The notes under the pieces were generated by a model, which searched no databases, had not been told where the DNA came from, and worked only from the letters and a program-made list of their open reading frames with translations. Of a stretch of 64,000 nucleotides of DNA, positions 25,001-40,000 are shown in pieces. The position numbers and the translations under genes are program-made. Origin of the DNA: Eledone cirrhosa (lineage: Eukaryota); NCBI GenBank assembly GCA_964016885.1, contig OZ024743.1:322834001-322898000 (forward strand), in the 5' to 3' direction. Position 1 is the first letter of the stretch; the number at the start of each line of letters is the position of its first letter.

Positions 25001-28000
25001 TTACTGTCTACCTCATCTCCTTTGGTCAAGCTTGCTTCTCAGACCACAAATGACATCAATCTCATCGTTACTGCCTGCCTCACCTCATTTAGTCAAGCTT
25101 GCTTCTCAGACCACAAATGAACTCAATCTCATCATTACTGCCTACCTCACCTCATTTAGTCAAGCTTGCTTCTCAGACCACAAATGACCTCAACTTATCA
25201 TTACAGCCTACCTCACCTCCTTTAGTCAAGCTTGCTTCTCAGACCAAAAATGATCTCAATCCCATCATTACTGCCTACCTCACCTCCTTTTGTCAAGCTT
25301 TCTTCTCAGACCACAAATGACATCAAACTCATCATTACTGCCTACCTCACCTCCTTTAGTCAAGCTTGCTTCTCAGACCACAAATGACCTCAATCTCATC
25401 ATTACAGCCTACCTCACCTCCTTTAGTCAAGCTTGCTTCTCAGACCACAAATGACCTCAATCTCATCATTACTGCCTACCTCACCTCCTTTAGTCAAGCT
25501 TGCTTCTCAGATCACAAATTACATCAATCTCATCATTAATGAATACCTCACCTCCTTTGGTCAAGCTTGCTTCTCAGACCACAAATTACCTCAACTTAAC
25601 ATTACAGCCTACCTCACCTCCTTTAGTCAAGCTTGCTTCTCGGACCACAAATGAACTCAATCTCATCATTACTGCCTACCTCACCTCCTTTGGTCAAGCT
25701 TGCTTCTCAGACCACAAATGACCTAAATCTTATCATTACTGCCTACCTCACCTTCTTTGGTCAATCTTGCTTCTCAGACCACAATTGACCTCAATCTTAT
25801 CATTACTGCCTACCTCACCTCCTTTGGTGAAGATTGCTTCTCAGACCAGAAATGACCTTAATCTCATCATTACTGCCTACCTCACCTCATTTAGTCAAGC
25901 TTGCTTCTCAGACCACAAATGACCTCAACGTATCAATACTGCCTACCTCACCTCCTTTAGTCAAGCTTGCTTCTCAGAACACAAATGACCTCAACTTATC
26001 ATTACAGCCTACCTCACCTCCTTTAGTCAAGCTTGCTTCTCAGACCACAAATGATCTCAATCCCATCATTACTGCCTAGCTCACCTCCTTTGGTCAAGCT
26101 TGCTTCTCAGACCACAAATGACCTAAATCTTATCTTTACTGCTTACCTCACCTCCTTTAGTCAATCTTGCTTCTCAGACCACAATTGACATCAATCTTAT
26201 CATTACTGCCTACATCACCTCGTTTGGTCAAGCTTGCTTCTCAGACCACAAATGACCTCAATCTTATCATTACTGCCATCCTCACCTGCTTTGGTCAAGC
26301 TTGCTTCTAAGACCACAATTGACCTCAATCTTATCATTACTGCCTACCTCACATCCTTTGGTCAAACTTGCTTCTCCGACCACAAATTACAGCAATCTTA
26401 TCATTACTGCCTACCTCACCTCCTTTAGTCAAGCTTGCTTCTCAGACCACAAATGACCTCAACTTATCATTACTGCCTACCTCACCTCATTTAGTCAAAC
26501 TTGCTTCTCAGACTACAAATGACCTCAATCTTATCATTACTGCCTACCTCACCTCCTTTGGTCAAGCTTGCTTCTCAGACCACGAATTACCTCAATCTCA
26601 TCATTACTGCCTACCTCACCTCCTTTGGTCAAGCTTTCTTCTCAGAAAACAAATGACCTCAATCTCATCATTACTGCCTACCTCACCTCCTTTGGTCAAG
26701 CTTGCTTCTCAGACCACACATCACCTCAATCTCATCTTTAATGCCTACCTCACCTCCTTTAGTCAAGCTTGCTTCTCAGACCACAAATGACCTCAATCTC
26801 ATCATTACTGCCAACCAAGCCTCTTTAGTCAAGCTTGCTTCTCAGACCACAAATGACCACAATCTCATCATTACTGCCAACCACACCTCCTTTAGTCAAG
26901 CTTGCTTCTTAGACCACAAATGATCTCAACTTATCATTACTGCCTACCTAACCTCCTTTGGTCAAGCTTTCTTATTAGACCACAAATGACCTCAACTTAT
27001 CATTAGAGCCTACCTAACCTCCTTTGGTCAAGCTTGCTTCTCAGACCACAATTGATCTCAATCTCATCATTACTGCCTACCTCACCTCCTTTTGTCAAGC
27101 TTTCTTCTCAGAAAAAAAATGACCTCAATCTCATCATTACTGCATACCTCAACATTTTGGTCAAGCTTTCTTCTCAGACCAGAAATGACCTCAATCTCAT
27201 CATTACTGCCTACCTCACCTATTTTAGTCAAGCTTGCTTCTCAGACCACAAATGACCTCAACTTATCATTACTGCCTACCTCACCTCCTTTAGTCAAGTT
27301 TGCTTCTCAGACCACAAATGACCTCAATCTCATAATTACTGCCTAACTCACCTCCTTTAGTGAAGCTTGCTTCTCAGACCACAAATGACATCAATATCAT
27401 CATTACTGCCTACCTCACATCCTTCGGTCAATATTGCTTCTCAGACCACAAATGACATCAATCTCATCATTACAGCCTACCTCACCTCCTTTAGTCAAGC
27501 TTGCTTCTCAAACCTCAAATGACCTCAACTTATCATTACTGCCTACCTCACCTCTTTAGTCAACTTGCTTCTCAGATCACAAGTGACATCAATGTCATCA
27601 TTACTGCCTACCTCACCTCCTTTGGTCAAGCTTTCTTCTCAGAAAACAAATGACCTCAGTCTCATCATTACTGCCTACATCACCTCCTTTAGTCAAGCTT
27701 GCTTCTCAGACCACAAATGATCTCAACTTAACATTACTGCCTACATAACCTCCTTTGGTCAAGCTTTCTTCTCAGACCACAAATGACCTCAATCTCATAA
27801 TTATTGGCTACTTCACTTCCTTTGGTCAAGCTTGCTTCTCAGACCACAAATGACATCAATATCATCATTACTGCCTACCTCAGCTCCTTTGGTAAATATT
27901 GCTTCTCAGACCACAAATGACCTCAATCTCATCATTACTGCCAACGACGCCTCCTTTAGTCAAGCTTGCTTCTCAGACCACAATTGATCTCAATCTCATC

Positions 28001-31000
28001 ATTACCGCCTACCTCACCTCCTTTGGTCAAGCTTTCTTCTCAGAAAAAAAATGACCTCAATCTCATCATTACTGCCTACCTCAATATCTTTGGTCAAGCT
28101 TTCTTCTCAGACCACAAATGACCTCAATCTCATCATTACTGCCTACCTCGCCTATTTTAGTCAAGCTTGCTTCTCAGACCACAAATGACCTCAACTTATC
28201 ATTACTGCCTACCTCACCTCCTTTAGTCAAGTTTGCTTCTCAGACCACAAATGACCTCAATCTCATAATTACTGCCTAACTCACCTCCTTTAGTGAAGCT
28301 TGCTTCTCAGACCACAAATGACATCAATATCATCATTACTGCCTACCTCACCTCCTTTGGTCAATATTGCTTCTCAGACCACAAATGACATCAATCTCAT
28401 CATTACAGCCTACCTCACCTCCTTTAGTCAAGCTTGCTTCTCAGACAACAAATGACATCAATCTCATCATTACTGCCTATCTCACCTCCTTTGGTCAAGC
28501 TTGCTTCTCAGACCACAAATGACCTCAACTTATTATTACTGCCTGCCTCACCTCCTTTAGTCAAGCTTGCTTCTCAGACTACAAATGACCACAATCTCAT
28601 GATTACTGTCTACCTCACATCCTTTAGTCAAGCTTGCTTCTCAGACCACAAATGACCTCAATCTTATCATTACTGCCTACGTTATCTCATTTAGTGAAGC
28701 TTGCTTCTCAGACCACAAATGACCTCAATCTCATCATTAGTGACAACCACGCCTCCTTTAGTCAAGCTTGCTTCTCAGACCACAAATGACCTTAATCTCA
28801 TCATTACTGCCAACCACGCCTCCTTTAGTCAAGCTTGCTTCTCAGACCACAAATGACCTGAATCTCATCATTACTGCCAACCACGCCTCCTTTAGTCAAG
28901 CTTGTTTCTAGACGACAAATGATTTCAATCTTATCATTACTGCCTACCTCACCTCCTTTGGTCAAGCTTGCTTCTCGGACCACAAATGACCTCAATCTCA
29001 TCATTAATGCCTACATCACCTTTAGTCAAGCTTGCTTCTCAGACCACAAATGACCTCAATCTCATCATTACTGCCTACCTCACCTCCTTTAGTCAAGCTT
29101 GCTTCTGAGACCACAAATGACCTCAATCTCATCATTACTGCCAACCACGCCTCCTTTAGTCAAGCTTGCTTCTAGACCACAAATGATTTCAATCTTGTCA
29201 TTACTGTCAACCACACCACCTTCGGTCAAGCTTGCTTCTCAGACCACAAATGACCTCAATCTCATCTTTAATGCCTACCTCACCTCCTTTAGTCAAGCTT
29301 GCTTCTCGGACCACAAATGACCTCAATCTAATCATTACAGCCTACCTCATCTCCTTTAGTCAAGCTTGCTTCTCAGACCACAAATGACCTCAACTTATCA
29401 TTACTACCTACCTCACTTCTTTAGTCAACTTGCTTCTCAGACCACAAATGACCTCAATCTCATCATTACTGCCTACCTCACCTCCTTTAGTCAAGCTTAC
29501 TTCTGAGACCACAAATGACCTCAATCTCATCATTACTGCCAACCACGCCTCCTTTAGTCAAGCTTGCTTCTAGACCACAAATGATTTCAATCTTATCATT
29601 ACTGTCTACCACACCACCTTCGGTCAAGCTTGCTTCTCAGACCACAAATGACCTCAATCTCAACTTTAATGCCTACCTCACCTCCTTTAGTCAAGCTTGC
29701 TTCTGAGACCACAAATGACCTCAATCTCATCATTATTGCCTACCTCACCTCCTTTAGTCAAGCTTGCTTCTCAGACCACAAATGACCTCAATCTCATTAT
29801 TACAGCCTACCTCACCTCCTTTAGTCAAGCTTATTTCTCAAACCACAAATGACCTCAATCTCATCATTACAGCCTACCTAACCTCCTTTGGTCAAGCTTT
29901 CTTCTCAGACCACAAATGACCTCAACTTATCATTACAGCCTACCTCAGCTCCTTTGGTCAAGCTTGCTTCTCAGAAAACAAATGACCTCAATCTCATCAT
30001 TACTGCCTACCTCACCAATTTTAGTCAAGCTTGCTTCTCAGACCACAAATGACCTCAATCTCATCATTACTGCCAACCACGCCTCCTTTAGTCAAGCTTG
30101 CTTCTCAGACCACAAATGACCCCAATCTCATCATTACTGCCAACCACGCCTCCTTTAGTCAAGCTTGCTTCTCAGACCACAAATGACCTCAATCTCATCA
30201 TTACTGCCAACCACGCCTCCTTTAGTCAAGCTTGCTTCTAGACCACAAATGATTTATTTCAATCTTATCATTACTGCCTACCTCACCTCCTTTGGTCAAA
30301 CTTGCTTCTCGTACCACAAATGACCTCAATCTCATCATTACAGCCTACCTCACCTCCTTTAGTCAAGCTTGCTTCTCAGACCACAAATGATCTGAACTTA
30401 TCATTACTGCCTACCTCACCTATTTAGTCAACTTGCTTCTCAGACCAGAAATGGCATCAATCTCATCAATACTGCCTACATTCACCTCCTTTGGTCAAGC
30501 TTGCTTCTCAGACCACAAATGACCTCAATCTCATCATTACTGCCTACCTCACCTCCTTTAGTCAAGCTTGCTTCTGAGACCACAAATGACCTCAATCTCA
30601 TCATTACTGCCTACCACGCCTCCTTTAGTCAAGCTTGCTTCTAGACCACAAATGATTTCAATCTTATCATTACTGCTTACCACACCACCTTCGGTCAAGC
30701 TTGCTTCTCAGACCACAAATGAACTCAATCTCATATTTAATGCCTACCTCACCTCCTTTAGTCAAGCTTGCTTCTGAGACCACAAATGACCTCAATCTCA
30801 TCATTATTGCCTACCTCAACTCCTTTAGTCAAGCTTGCTTCTCAGACCACAAATGACCTCAATCTCATCTTTAATGCCTACCTCACCTCATTTAATCAAG
30901 CTTGTTTCTCAGACCACGAATGACCTCAATCTCATCATTACAGCCTACCTAACCTCCTTTGGTCAAGTTTGCTTCTCAGACCACAAATGACCTCAATCTC

Positions 31001-34000
31001 ATAATTACTGCCTACCTCACCTCCTTTAGTCAAGCTTGCTTCACAGAACACAAATGACATCAATATCATCATTACTGCCTACCTCACCTCCTTTGGTCAA
31101 TATTGCTTCTCAGACCACAAATGACCTCAATCTCATCATTACAGCCTACCTCACATCCTTTAGTCAAGCTTGCTTCTCAGATCACAAACGAACTCAACTT
31201 ATCATTACTGCCTAACTCACCTCCTTTAGTCAAGCTTGCTTCTCAGACCACAAATGACCTCAATCTCATCATTACTGCCAACTACGCCTCCTTTAGTCAA
31301 GTTTGCTTCTTAGACCACAAATGACCTCAATCTCACCATTACTGCCTACCTCAACTCATTTGGTCAAACTTGCTTCTCAGACCACAAATGACCTCAACTT
31401 ATCATTACTGCCTACCTCACCTCCTTTAGTCAAGCTTGCTTCTCAGACCACAAATGACCTCAACTTATCATTATTGCCTATCTCACCTTTAGTCAAGCTT
31501 GCTTCTCCAACCACAAATGACCTCAATCTTATCATTACTGCCTACCTCACCTCCTTTGGTCAAGCCTGCTTTTCAGACAACAAATGACCTCAACTTATCA
31601 TTACTGCCCACCTCACCTCCTTCAGTGAAGCTTACTTCTCAGACCACAAATGACCTCAACTTATCATTACATCCAACCACACCTCCTTTAGTCAAGCTTG
31701 CTTCTCAGACCACAAATGATCTCCACTTATCACTACTGCCTACCTAACCTCCTTTGGTCAAGCTTTCTTCTCAGACCACAAATGACCTCAACTTATCTTT
31801 ACAGCCTATCTCACCTCCTTTAGTCAAGATTGCTTCTCAGAAAACAAATGACCCCAATGTCATCATTACTGCCTAGCTCAACTCCTTTGGTCAAGCTTTC
31901 TTCTCAGACCACAAATGACCTCAATCTCATCATTACAGCCTACCTAACCTCCTTTGGTCAAGCTTTCTTCTCAGACCACAAATGACCTCAACTTATCATT
32001 ACAGCCTACCTCAGCTCCTTTGGTCAAGCTTGCTTCTCAGAAAACAAATGACCTCAATCTCATCATTACTGCCTACCTCAACTCCTTTGGTCAAGCTTTC
32101 TTCTCAGATCACAAAAGACCTCAATCTCATCATTACTGCCTACCTCACCTATTTTAGTCAAGCTTGCTTCTCAGACCACAAATGACCTCAACTTATCATT
32201 ACTGCCTACCTCACCTCCTTTAGTCAAGTTTGCTTCTCAGACCACAAATGACCTCAATCTCATAATTACTGCCTACCTCACCTCCTTTAGTCAAGCTTGC
32301 TTCTCAGACCACAAATGACCTCAATCTCATCATTACTGCCAACTACGCCTCCTTTAGTCAAGTTTGCTTCTTAGACCACAAATGACCTCAATCTCACCAT
32401 TACTGCCTACCTCAACTCCTTTGGTCAAGCTTGCTTCTCAGAGCACAAATGACCTCAATTTATCATTACTGCCTACCTCACCTCCTTTAGTCAAGCTTGC
32501 TTCTCAGACCACAAATGACCTCAACTTATCATTACATCCAACCACACCTCCTTTAGTCAAGCTTGCTTCTCAGACCACAAATGACCTCAATCTTATCATT
32601 ACTGCCTACCTCCCCTCCTTTGGTCAAGCTTGCTTCTCAGACCACAAATGATCTCAACTTATCACTACTGCCTACCTAACCTCCTTTGGTCAAGCTTTCT
32701 TCTCAGACCACAAATGACCTCAACTTTTCTTTACAGCCTACCTCACCTCCTTTAGTCAAGCTTGCTTCTCAGAAAACAAATGACCTCAATGTCATCATTA
32801 CTGCCTAGCTCAACTCCTTTGGTCAAGCTTTCTTCTCAGACCACAAATGAGCGCAATCTCATCATTACTGCCTACCTCACCTATTTTAGTCAAGCTTGCT
32901 TCTCAGACCACAAATGACCTCAAATTATCATTACTGCCTACCTAACCTCCTTTAGTTAAGTTTGCTTCTCAGACCACAAATGACCTCAATCTCATCATTA
33001 CTGCCTACCTCACCTCCTTTAGTCAAGCTTGCTTCTCAGACCACAAATTACATCAATATCATCATTACTGCCTACCTCACCTCCTTTGGTCAATATTGCT
33101 TCTCAGACCACAAATGACCTCAATCTCATCATTACAGCCTACCTCACCTCCTTTAGTCAAGCTTGCTTCTCAGACCACAAATGACATCAATCTCATCATT
33201 ACTGCCTACCTCACATCCTTTTGTCAAGCTTGTTTCTCAGACCACACATGACCTCAATCTCATCATTACTGCCTACCTCACCTCCTTTAGTCAATCTTGC
33301 TTCTCAGACAACAAATGACCTCAATCTCATCATTACAGCCTACCACACCTCATTTAGTCAAGCTTGCTTCTCAGACCACACATGACCTCAATCTCATCTT
33401 TAATGACTACCTCACCTCCTTTAGTCAAGCTTGCTTCTCAGACCACAAATGACCTCAATCTCATCAGTACTGCCAACCACGCCTCCTTTAGTCAAGCTTG
33501 CTTCTCAGACCACAAATGACCTCAATCTCATCATTACTGCCAACCACGCCTCCTTTAGTCAAGCTTGCTTCTAGACCACAAATGACCTCAATCTCATCAT
33601 TACTGCCTACCTCACCTCGTTTGGTCAAGCTTGCTTGTCAGACCACTAATGACCCCAATCTCATCATTACAGCCTACCTCACCTCCTTTAGTCAAGCTTG
33701 CTTCTCAGACCACAAATGACCTCAACTTATCATTACAGCCTACCTCACCTATTTTAGTCAAGCTTGCTTCTCATACCACAAATGACCTCAACTTATCATT
33801 ACTGCCTACCTCACCTCCTTTAGTCAAATTTGCTCCTCAGACCACAAATGACCTCGACCTCATCATTACTGCCTACCTCACCTCCTTTGGTCAATATTGC
33901 TTCTCAGACCACAAATGACCTCAATCTCATCATTACAGCCTACCTCGCCTCCTTTAGTCAAGTTTGCTTCTCAGAACACAAATGACATCAATATCATCAT

Positions 34001-37000
34001 TAATGCCTACCTCACCTCCTTTGGTCAATATTGCTTCTCAGACCACAAATGACCTCAATCTCATCATTACAGCCTACCTCGCCTCCTTTAGTCAAGTTTG
34101 CTTCTCAGAACACAAATGACATCAATATCATCATTAATGCCTACCTCACCTCCTTTGGTCAATATTGCTTCTCAGACCACAAATGACCTCAATCTCATCA
34201 TTACAGCCTACATCGCCTCCTTTAGTCAAGTTTGCTTCTCAGAACACAAATGACATCAATATCATCATTAATGCCAACCTCACCTCCTTTAGTCAAGCTT
34301 GCTTCTCAGACCAAAAATGACATCAATCTCATCATTACAGCCTACCTCACATCCTTTTGTCAAGCTTGTTTCTCAGACCACAAACGACCTCAATCTGATC
34401 ATTACTGCCAACCACGCCTCCTTTAGTCAAGCTTGCATCTCAGACCACAAATGACCTCAATCTCATCATTACTGCCAACCACGCCTCCTTTAGTCAAGCT
34501 TGCTTCTAGAACACAAATTATTTCAATCTTCTCATTACAGCCTACCACACCTCCTTTAGTCAAGCTTGCTTCTCAGACCACAAACGAACTCAACTTATCA
34601 TTACTGCCTACCTCACCTCCTTTAGTCAAGTTTGCTTCTCAGAGCACAAATGACCTCAATCTCATCATTACAGCCTACCTCGCCTCCTTTAGTCAAGTTT
34701 GCTTCTCAGAACACAAATGACATCAATATCATCATTAATGCCTACCTCACCTCCTTTGGTCAATATTGCTTCTCAGACCACAAATGACCTCAATCTCATC
34801 ATTACAGCCTACATCGCCTCCTTTAGTCAAGTTTGCTTCTCAGAACACAAATGACATCAATATCATCATTAATGCCAACCTCACCTCCTTTAGTCAAGCT
34901 TGCTTCTCAGACCAAAAATGACATCAATCTCATCATTACAGCCTACCTCACATCCTTTTGTCAAGCTTGTTTCTCAGACCACAAACGACCTCAATCTGAT
35001 CATTACTGCCAACCACGCCTCCTTTAGTCAAGCTTGCATCTCAGACCACAAATGACCTCAATCTCATCATTACTGCCAACCACGCCTCCTTTAGTCAAGC
35101 TTGCTTCTAGAACACAAATTATTTCAATCTTCTCATTACAGCCTACCACACCTCCTTTAGTCAAGCTTGCTTCTCAGACCACAAATGACCTTAATCTCAT
35201 CTTTAATGCCTACCTCATCTCCTTTAGTCAAGCTTGCTTCTAGAACACAAATGATTTCAATCTTCTCATTACAGCCTACCACACCTCCTTTAGTCAAGCT
35301 TGCTTCTCAGACCACAAATGACCTCAATCTCATCATTACTGCCAACCACGCCTCCTTTAGTCAAGCTTGCTTCTCAGACCACAAATGACCTCAATCTCAT
35401 CATTACAGCCTACCTCACCTCCTTTAGTCAAGTTTGCTTCTCAGAACACAAATGACATCAATCTCATCATTACTGCCTACATCACATCCTTTAGTCAAGC
35501 TTGCTTCTCAGACCACAAACGAACTCAACTCATCATTACTGCCCAACTCACCTCCTTTAGTCAAGCTTGCTTCTCAGACCACAAATGACCTCAATCTCTT
35601 CATTACTGCCAACTACGCCTCCTTTATTCAAGCATGCTTCTAAGACCACAAATGACCTCAATCTCACCATTACTGCCTACCTCACCTCCTTTGGTCAAGC
35701 TTGCTTCTCAGACCACAAATGACATCAATCTCACCATTACTGCCTACCTCACCTCCTTTGGTCAAGCTTGCTTCTCAGACCACAAATGACCTCAACTTAT
35801 CATTACTGCCCACCTCACCTCCTTTAGTCAAGCTTAATGCTCAGACCACAAATGACCTCAACTTATCATTAATGCCAACCACACCTCCTTTAGTCAAGCT
35901 TGCTTCTCAGACTACAAATGACCTCAATCTCATCATTATTGCCTACATCACCTTTAGTCAAGCTTGCTTCTCAGACCACAAATGACCTTAACTTATCATT
36001 ACTGCCCACCTCACCTCCTTCAGTCAAGCTTAGGAGGTGACCGCAAATGACCTCAACTTATCACTACATCAAACCACACCTCCTTTAGTCAAGCTTGCTT
36101 CTCAGACCACAAATGACCTCATTCTCATCATTACTGCCTACCTAACCTCCTTTGGTCAAGCTTTCTTCTCAGACCACAAATGACCTCAACTTATCATTAC
36201 AGCCTACCTCACTTCCTTTTGTCAAGTTTGCTTCTCAGAACACAAATGACATCAATCTCATCATTACTGCTTACATCACATCCTTTAGTCAAGCTTGCTT
36301 CTCAGACCACAAACGAACTCATCTCATCATTACTGCCCAACTCACCTCCTTTAGTCAAGCTTGCTTCTCAGACCACAAATGACCTCAATCTCACCATTAC
36401 TGCCTACCTCACCTCCTTTGGTCAATATTGCTTCTCAGACCACAAATGACCTCAATCTCATCATTACAGCCTACCTCACCTCCTTTAGTCAAGCTTGCTT
36501 CTCAGACCACAAATGACATCAATCTCATCATTACTGCCTACCTCACCTCCTTTAGTCAAGCTTGCTTCTCAGACCACAAATGACCTCAATCTCATCATTA
36601 CTGCCTACCTCACCTCCTTTAGTCAAGCTTGCTTCTCAGACCACAAATGACCTCAACTTATCATTACTGCCTACCTCACCTCTTTAGTCAACTTGCTTCT
36701 CAGACCACAAATGACAACAATTTCATCATTACTGCCTACCTCACCTCCTTTAGTCAAGCTTGCTTCTCAGACCACAAATGACCTCAATCTCATTATTACA
36801 GCCTACCTCACCTCCTTCAGACAAGCTTGCTTCTCAGACCACAAATGACCTCAAATTATCATCACAGCCTACCTCACCTCATTTAGTCAAGCTTGCTTCT
36901 CAGACCACAATTGATTTCAATCTCATCATTACTGCCTACCTCACCTATTTTAGTCAAGCTTGCTTCTCAGACCACAAATGACCTCAACTTATCATTATTG

Positions 37001-40000
37001 CCTACCTCACATCCTTTAGTCAAGTTTGCTTCTCAGAACACAAATGACATCAATCTCATCATTACTGCCTACCTCAACTCCTTTAGTCAAGTTTGCTACT
37101 CAGAACACAAATGACATCAATATCATCATTACTGCCTACCTCACCTCCTTTAGTCAAGTTTGCTTCTCAGATCACAAATGACATCAATATCATCATTACA
37201 GCCTACCTCCCCTCCTTTAGTCAAGTTTGCTTCTCAGATCACAAATGACCTCAATCTCATCATTACAGCCTACCTCACCTCCTTTAGTCAAGTTTGCTTC
37301 TCAGAACACAAATGACCTCAATCTCATCATTACAGCCTACCTCACCTCCTTTAGTCAAGTTTGCTTCTCAGAACACAAATGACATCAATCTCATCATTAC
37401 TGCCTACATCACATCCTTTAGTCAAGCTTGCTTCTCAGACCACAAACGAACTCAACTCATCATTACTGCCCAACTCACCTCCTTTAGTCAAGCTTGCTTC
37501 TCAGACCACAAATGACCTCAATCTCTTCATTACTGCCAACTACGCCTCCTTTAGTCAAGCATGCTTCTCAGACCACAAATGACCTCAATCTCACCATTAC
37601 TGCCTACCTCACCTCCTTTAGTCAAGCTTGCTTTTCAGACCACAAATGACCTCAACTTATCATTACTGCCCACCTCACCTCCTTTAGTCAAGCTTAATGC
37701 TCAGACCACAAATGACCTCAACTTATCATTAATGCCAACCACACCTCCTTTAGTCAAGCTTGCTTCTCAGACTACAAATGACCTCAATCTCATCATTACT
37801 GCCTACATCACCTTTAGTCAAGCTTGCTTCTCAGACCACAAATGACCTCAACTTATCATTACTGCCCACCTCACCTCCTTCAGTCAAGCTTACTTCTCAG
37901 ACCGCAAATGACCTCAACTTATCATTACATCCAACCACACCTCATTTAGTCAAGCTTGCTTCTCAGACCACAAATGACCTCATTCTCATCATTACTGCCT
38001 AACTAACCTCCTTTGGTCAAGCTTTCTTCTCAGACCACAAATGACCTCAACTTATCATTACAGCCTACCTCACCTCCTTTAGTCAAGTTTGCTTCTCAGA
38101 ACACAAATGACATCAATCTCATCATTACTGCTTACATCACATCCTTTAGTCAAGCTTGCTTCTCAGACCACAAACGAACTCAACTCATCATTACTGCCCA
38201 ACTCACCTCCTTTAGTCAAGCTTGCTTCTCAGACCACAAATGACCTCAATCTCATCATTACTGCCTACCTCACCTCCTTTAGTCAAGCTTGCTTCTCAGA
38301 CCACAAATGACCTCAACTTATCATTACTGCCTGCCTCACCTCTTTAGTCAACTTGCTTCTCAGACCACAAGTGACATCAATGTCATCATTACTGCCTACC
38401 TCACCTCCTTTAGTCAAGCTTGCTTCTCAGACCACAAATGACCTCAATCTCATTATTACAGCCTACCTCACCTCCTTTAGACAAGCTTGCTTCTCAGACC
38501 ACAAATGACCTCAAATTATCATCACAGCCTACCTCACCTCATTTAGTCAAGCTTGCTTCTCAGACCACAATTGATTTCAATCTCATCATTACTGCCTACC
38601 TCACCTCTTTAGTCAACTTGCTTCTCAGACCACAAATGACCACAATCTCATCATTACTGTCTACCTCACATCCTTTAGTCAAGCTTGCTTCTCAGACCAC
38701 AAATGACCACAATCTCATCATTACTGCCCACCTCACCTCCTTTAGTCAAGCTTGCTTCTCAGACCACAAATGATCTCAATCTCATCATTACCGCCTACCT
38801 CACCTCGTTTGGTCAAACTTTCTTCACAGAAAACAAATGACCTCAACCTCATCATTACTGCCTACCTCACCTCCTTTGATCAAGCTTGCTTCTCAGACCA
38901 CAAACGAACTCAACTTATCATTACTGCCTACCTCACCTCCTTTAGTCAAGTTTGCTTCTCAGACCACAAATGACCTCAATCTCATAATTACAGCCTACCT
39001 CACCTCCTTTAGTCAAGCTTGCTTCTCTGACCGCAAATGACATCAATATCATCATTACTGCCTACCTCACCTCCTTTGGTCAATATTGCTTCTCAGACCA
39101 CAAATGACCTCAATCTCATCATTACAGCCTACCTCACCTCCTTTAGTCAAGCTTGCTTCTCAGACGACAAATGACCTCAATCTCATCTTTAATGCCTACC
39201 TCACCTCCTTTAGTCAAGCTTGCTTCTCAGACCACAAATGACCTCAATCTCATCATTACTGCCAACCACGCCTCCTTTAGTCAAGCTTGCTTTTCAGACC
39301 ACAAGTGACCTCAATCTCATCATTACTGCCAACCACACCTCCTTTAGTCAAGCTTGCTTCTCAGACCACAAATGATATCAACTTATCATTACTGCCTACC
39401 TAACCTCCTTTGGTCAAGCTTTCTTCTCAGACCACAAATGACCTCAACTTATCATTAGAGCCTACCTCACCTCCTTTAGTCAAGCTTGCTTCTCAGCCCA
39501 CAATTGATCTCAATCTCATCATTACAGCCTACCTCACCTCCTTTAGTCAAGCTTGCTTCTCAGACCACAATTGATCTCAATCTCATCATTACCGCCTACC
39601 TCACCTCCTTTGGTCAAGCTTTCTTCTTAGAAAACAAATGACCTCAATCTCATCATTACTGCCTACCTCAACATCTTTGGTCAAGCTTTCTCCTCAGACC
39701 ACAAATGACCTCAATCTCATCATTACTGCCTACCTCACCTATTTTAGTCAAGCTTGCTTCTCAGACAAGAAATGATCTCCACTTATCATTACTGCCTACC
39801 TCACCTCCTTTAGTCAAGTTTGCTTCTCAGACCACAAATGACCTCAATCTCATAATTACTGCCTAACTCACCTCCTTTAGTGAAGCTTGCTTCTCAGACC
39901 ACAAATGACATCAATATCATCATTACTGCCTACCTCACCTCCTTTGGTCAATATTGCTTCTCAGATCACAAATGACATCAATCTCATCATTACAGCCTAC

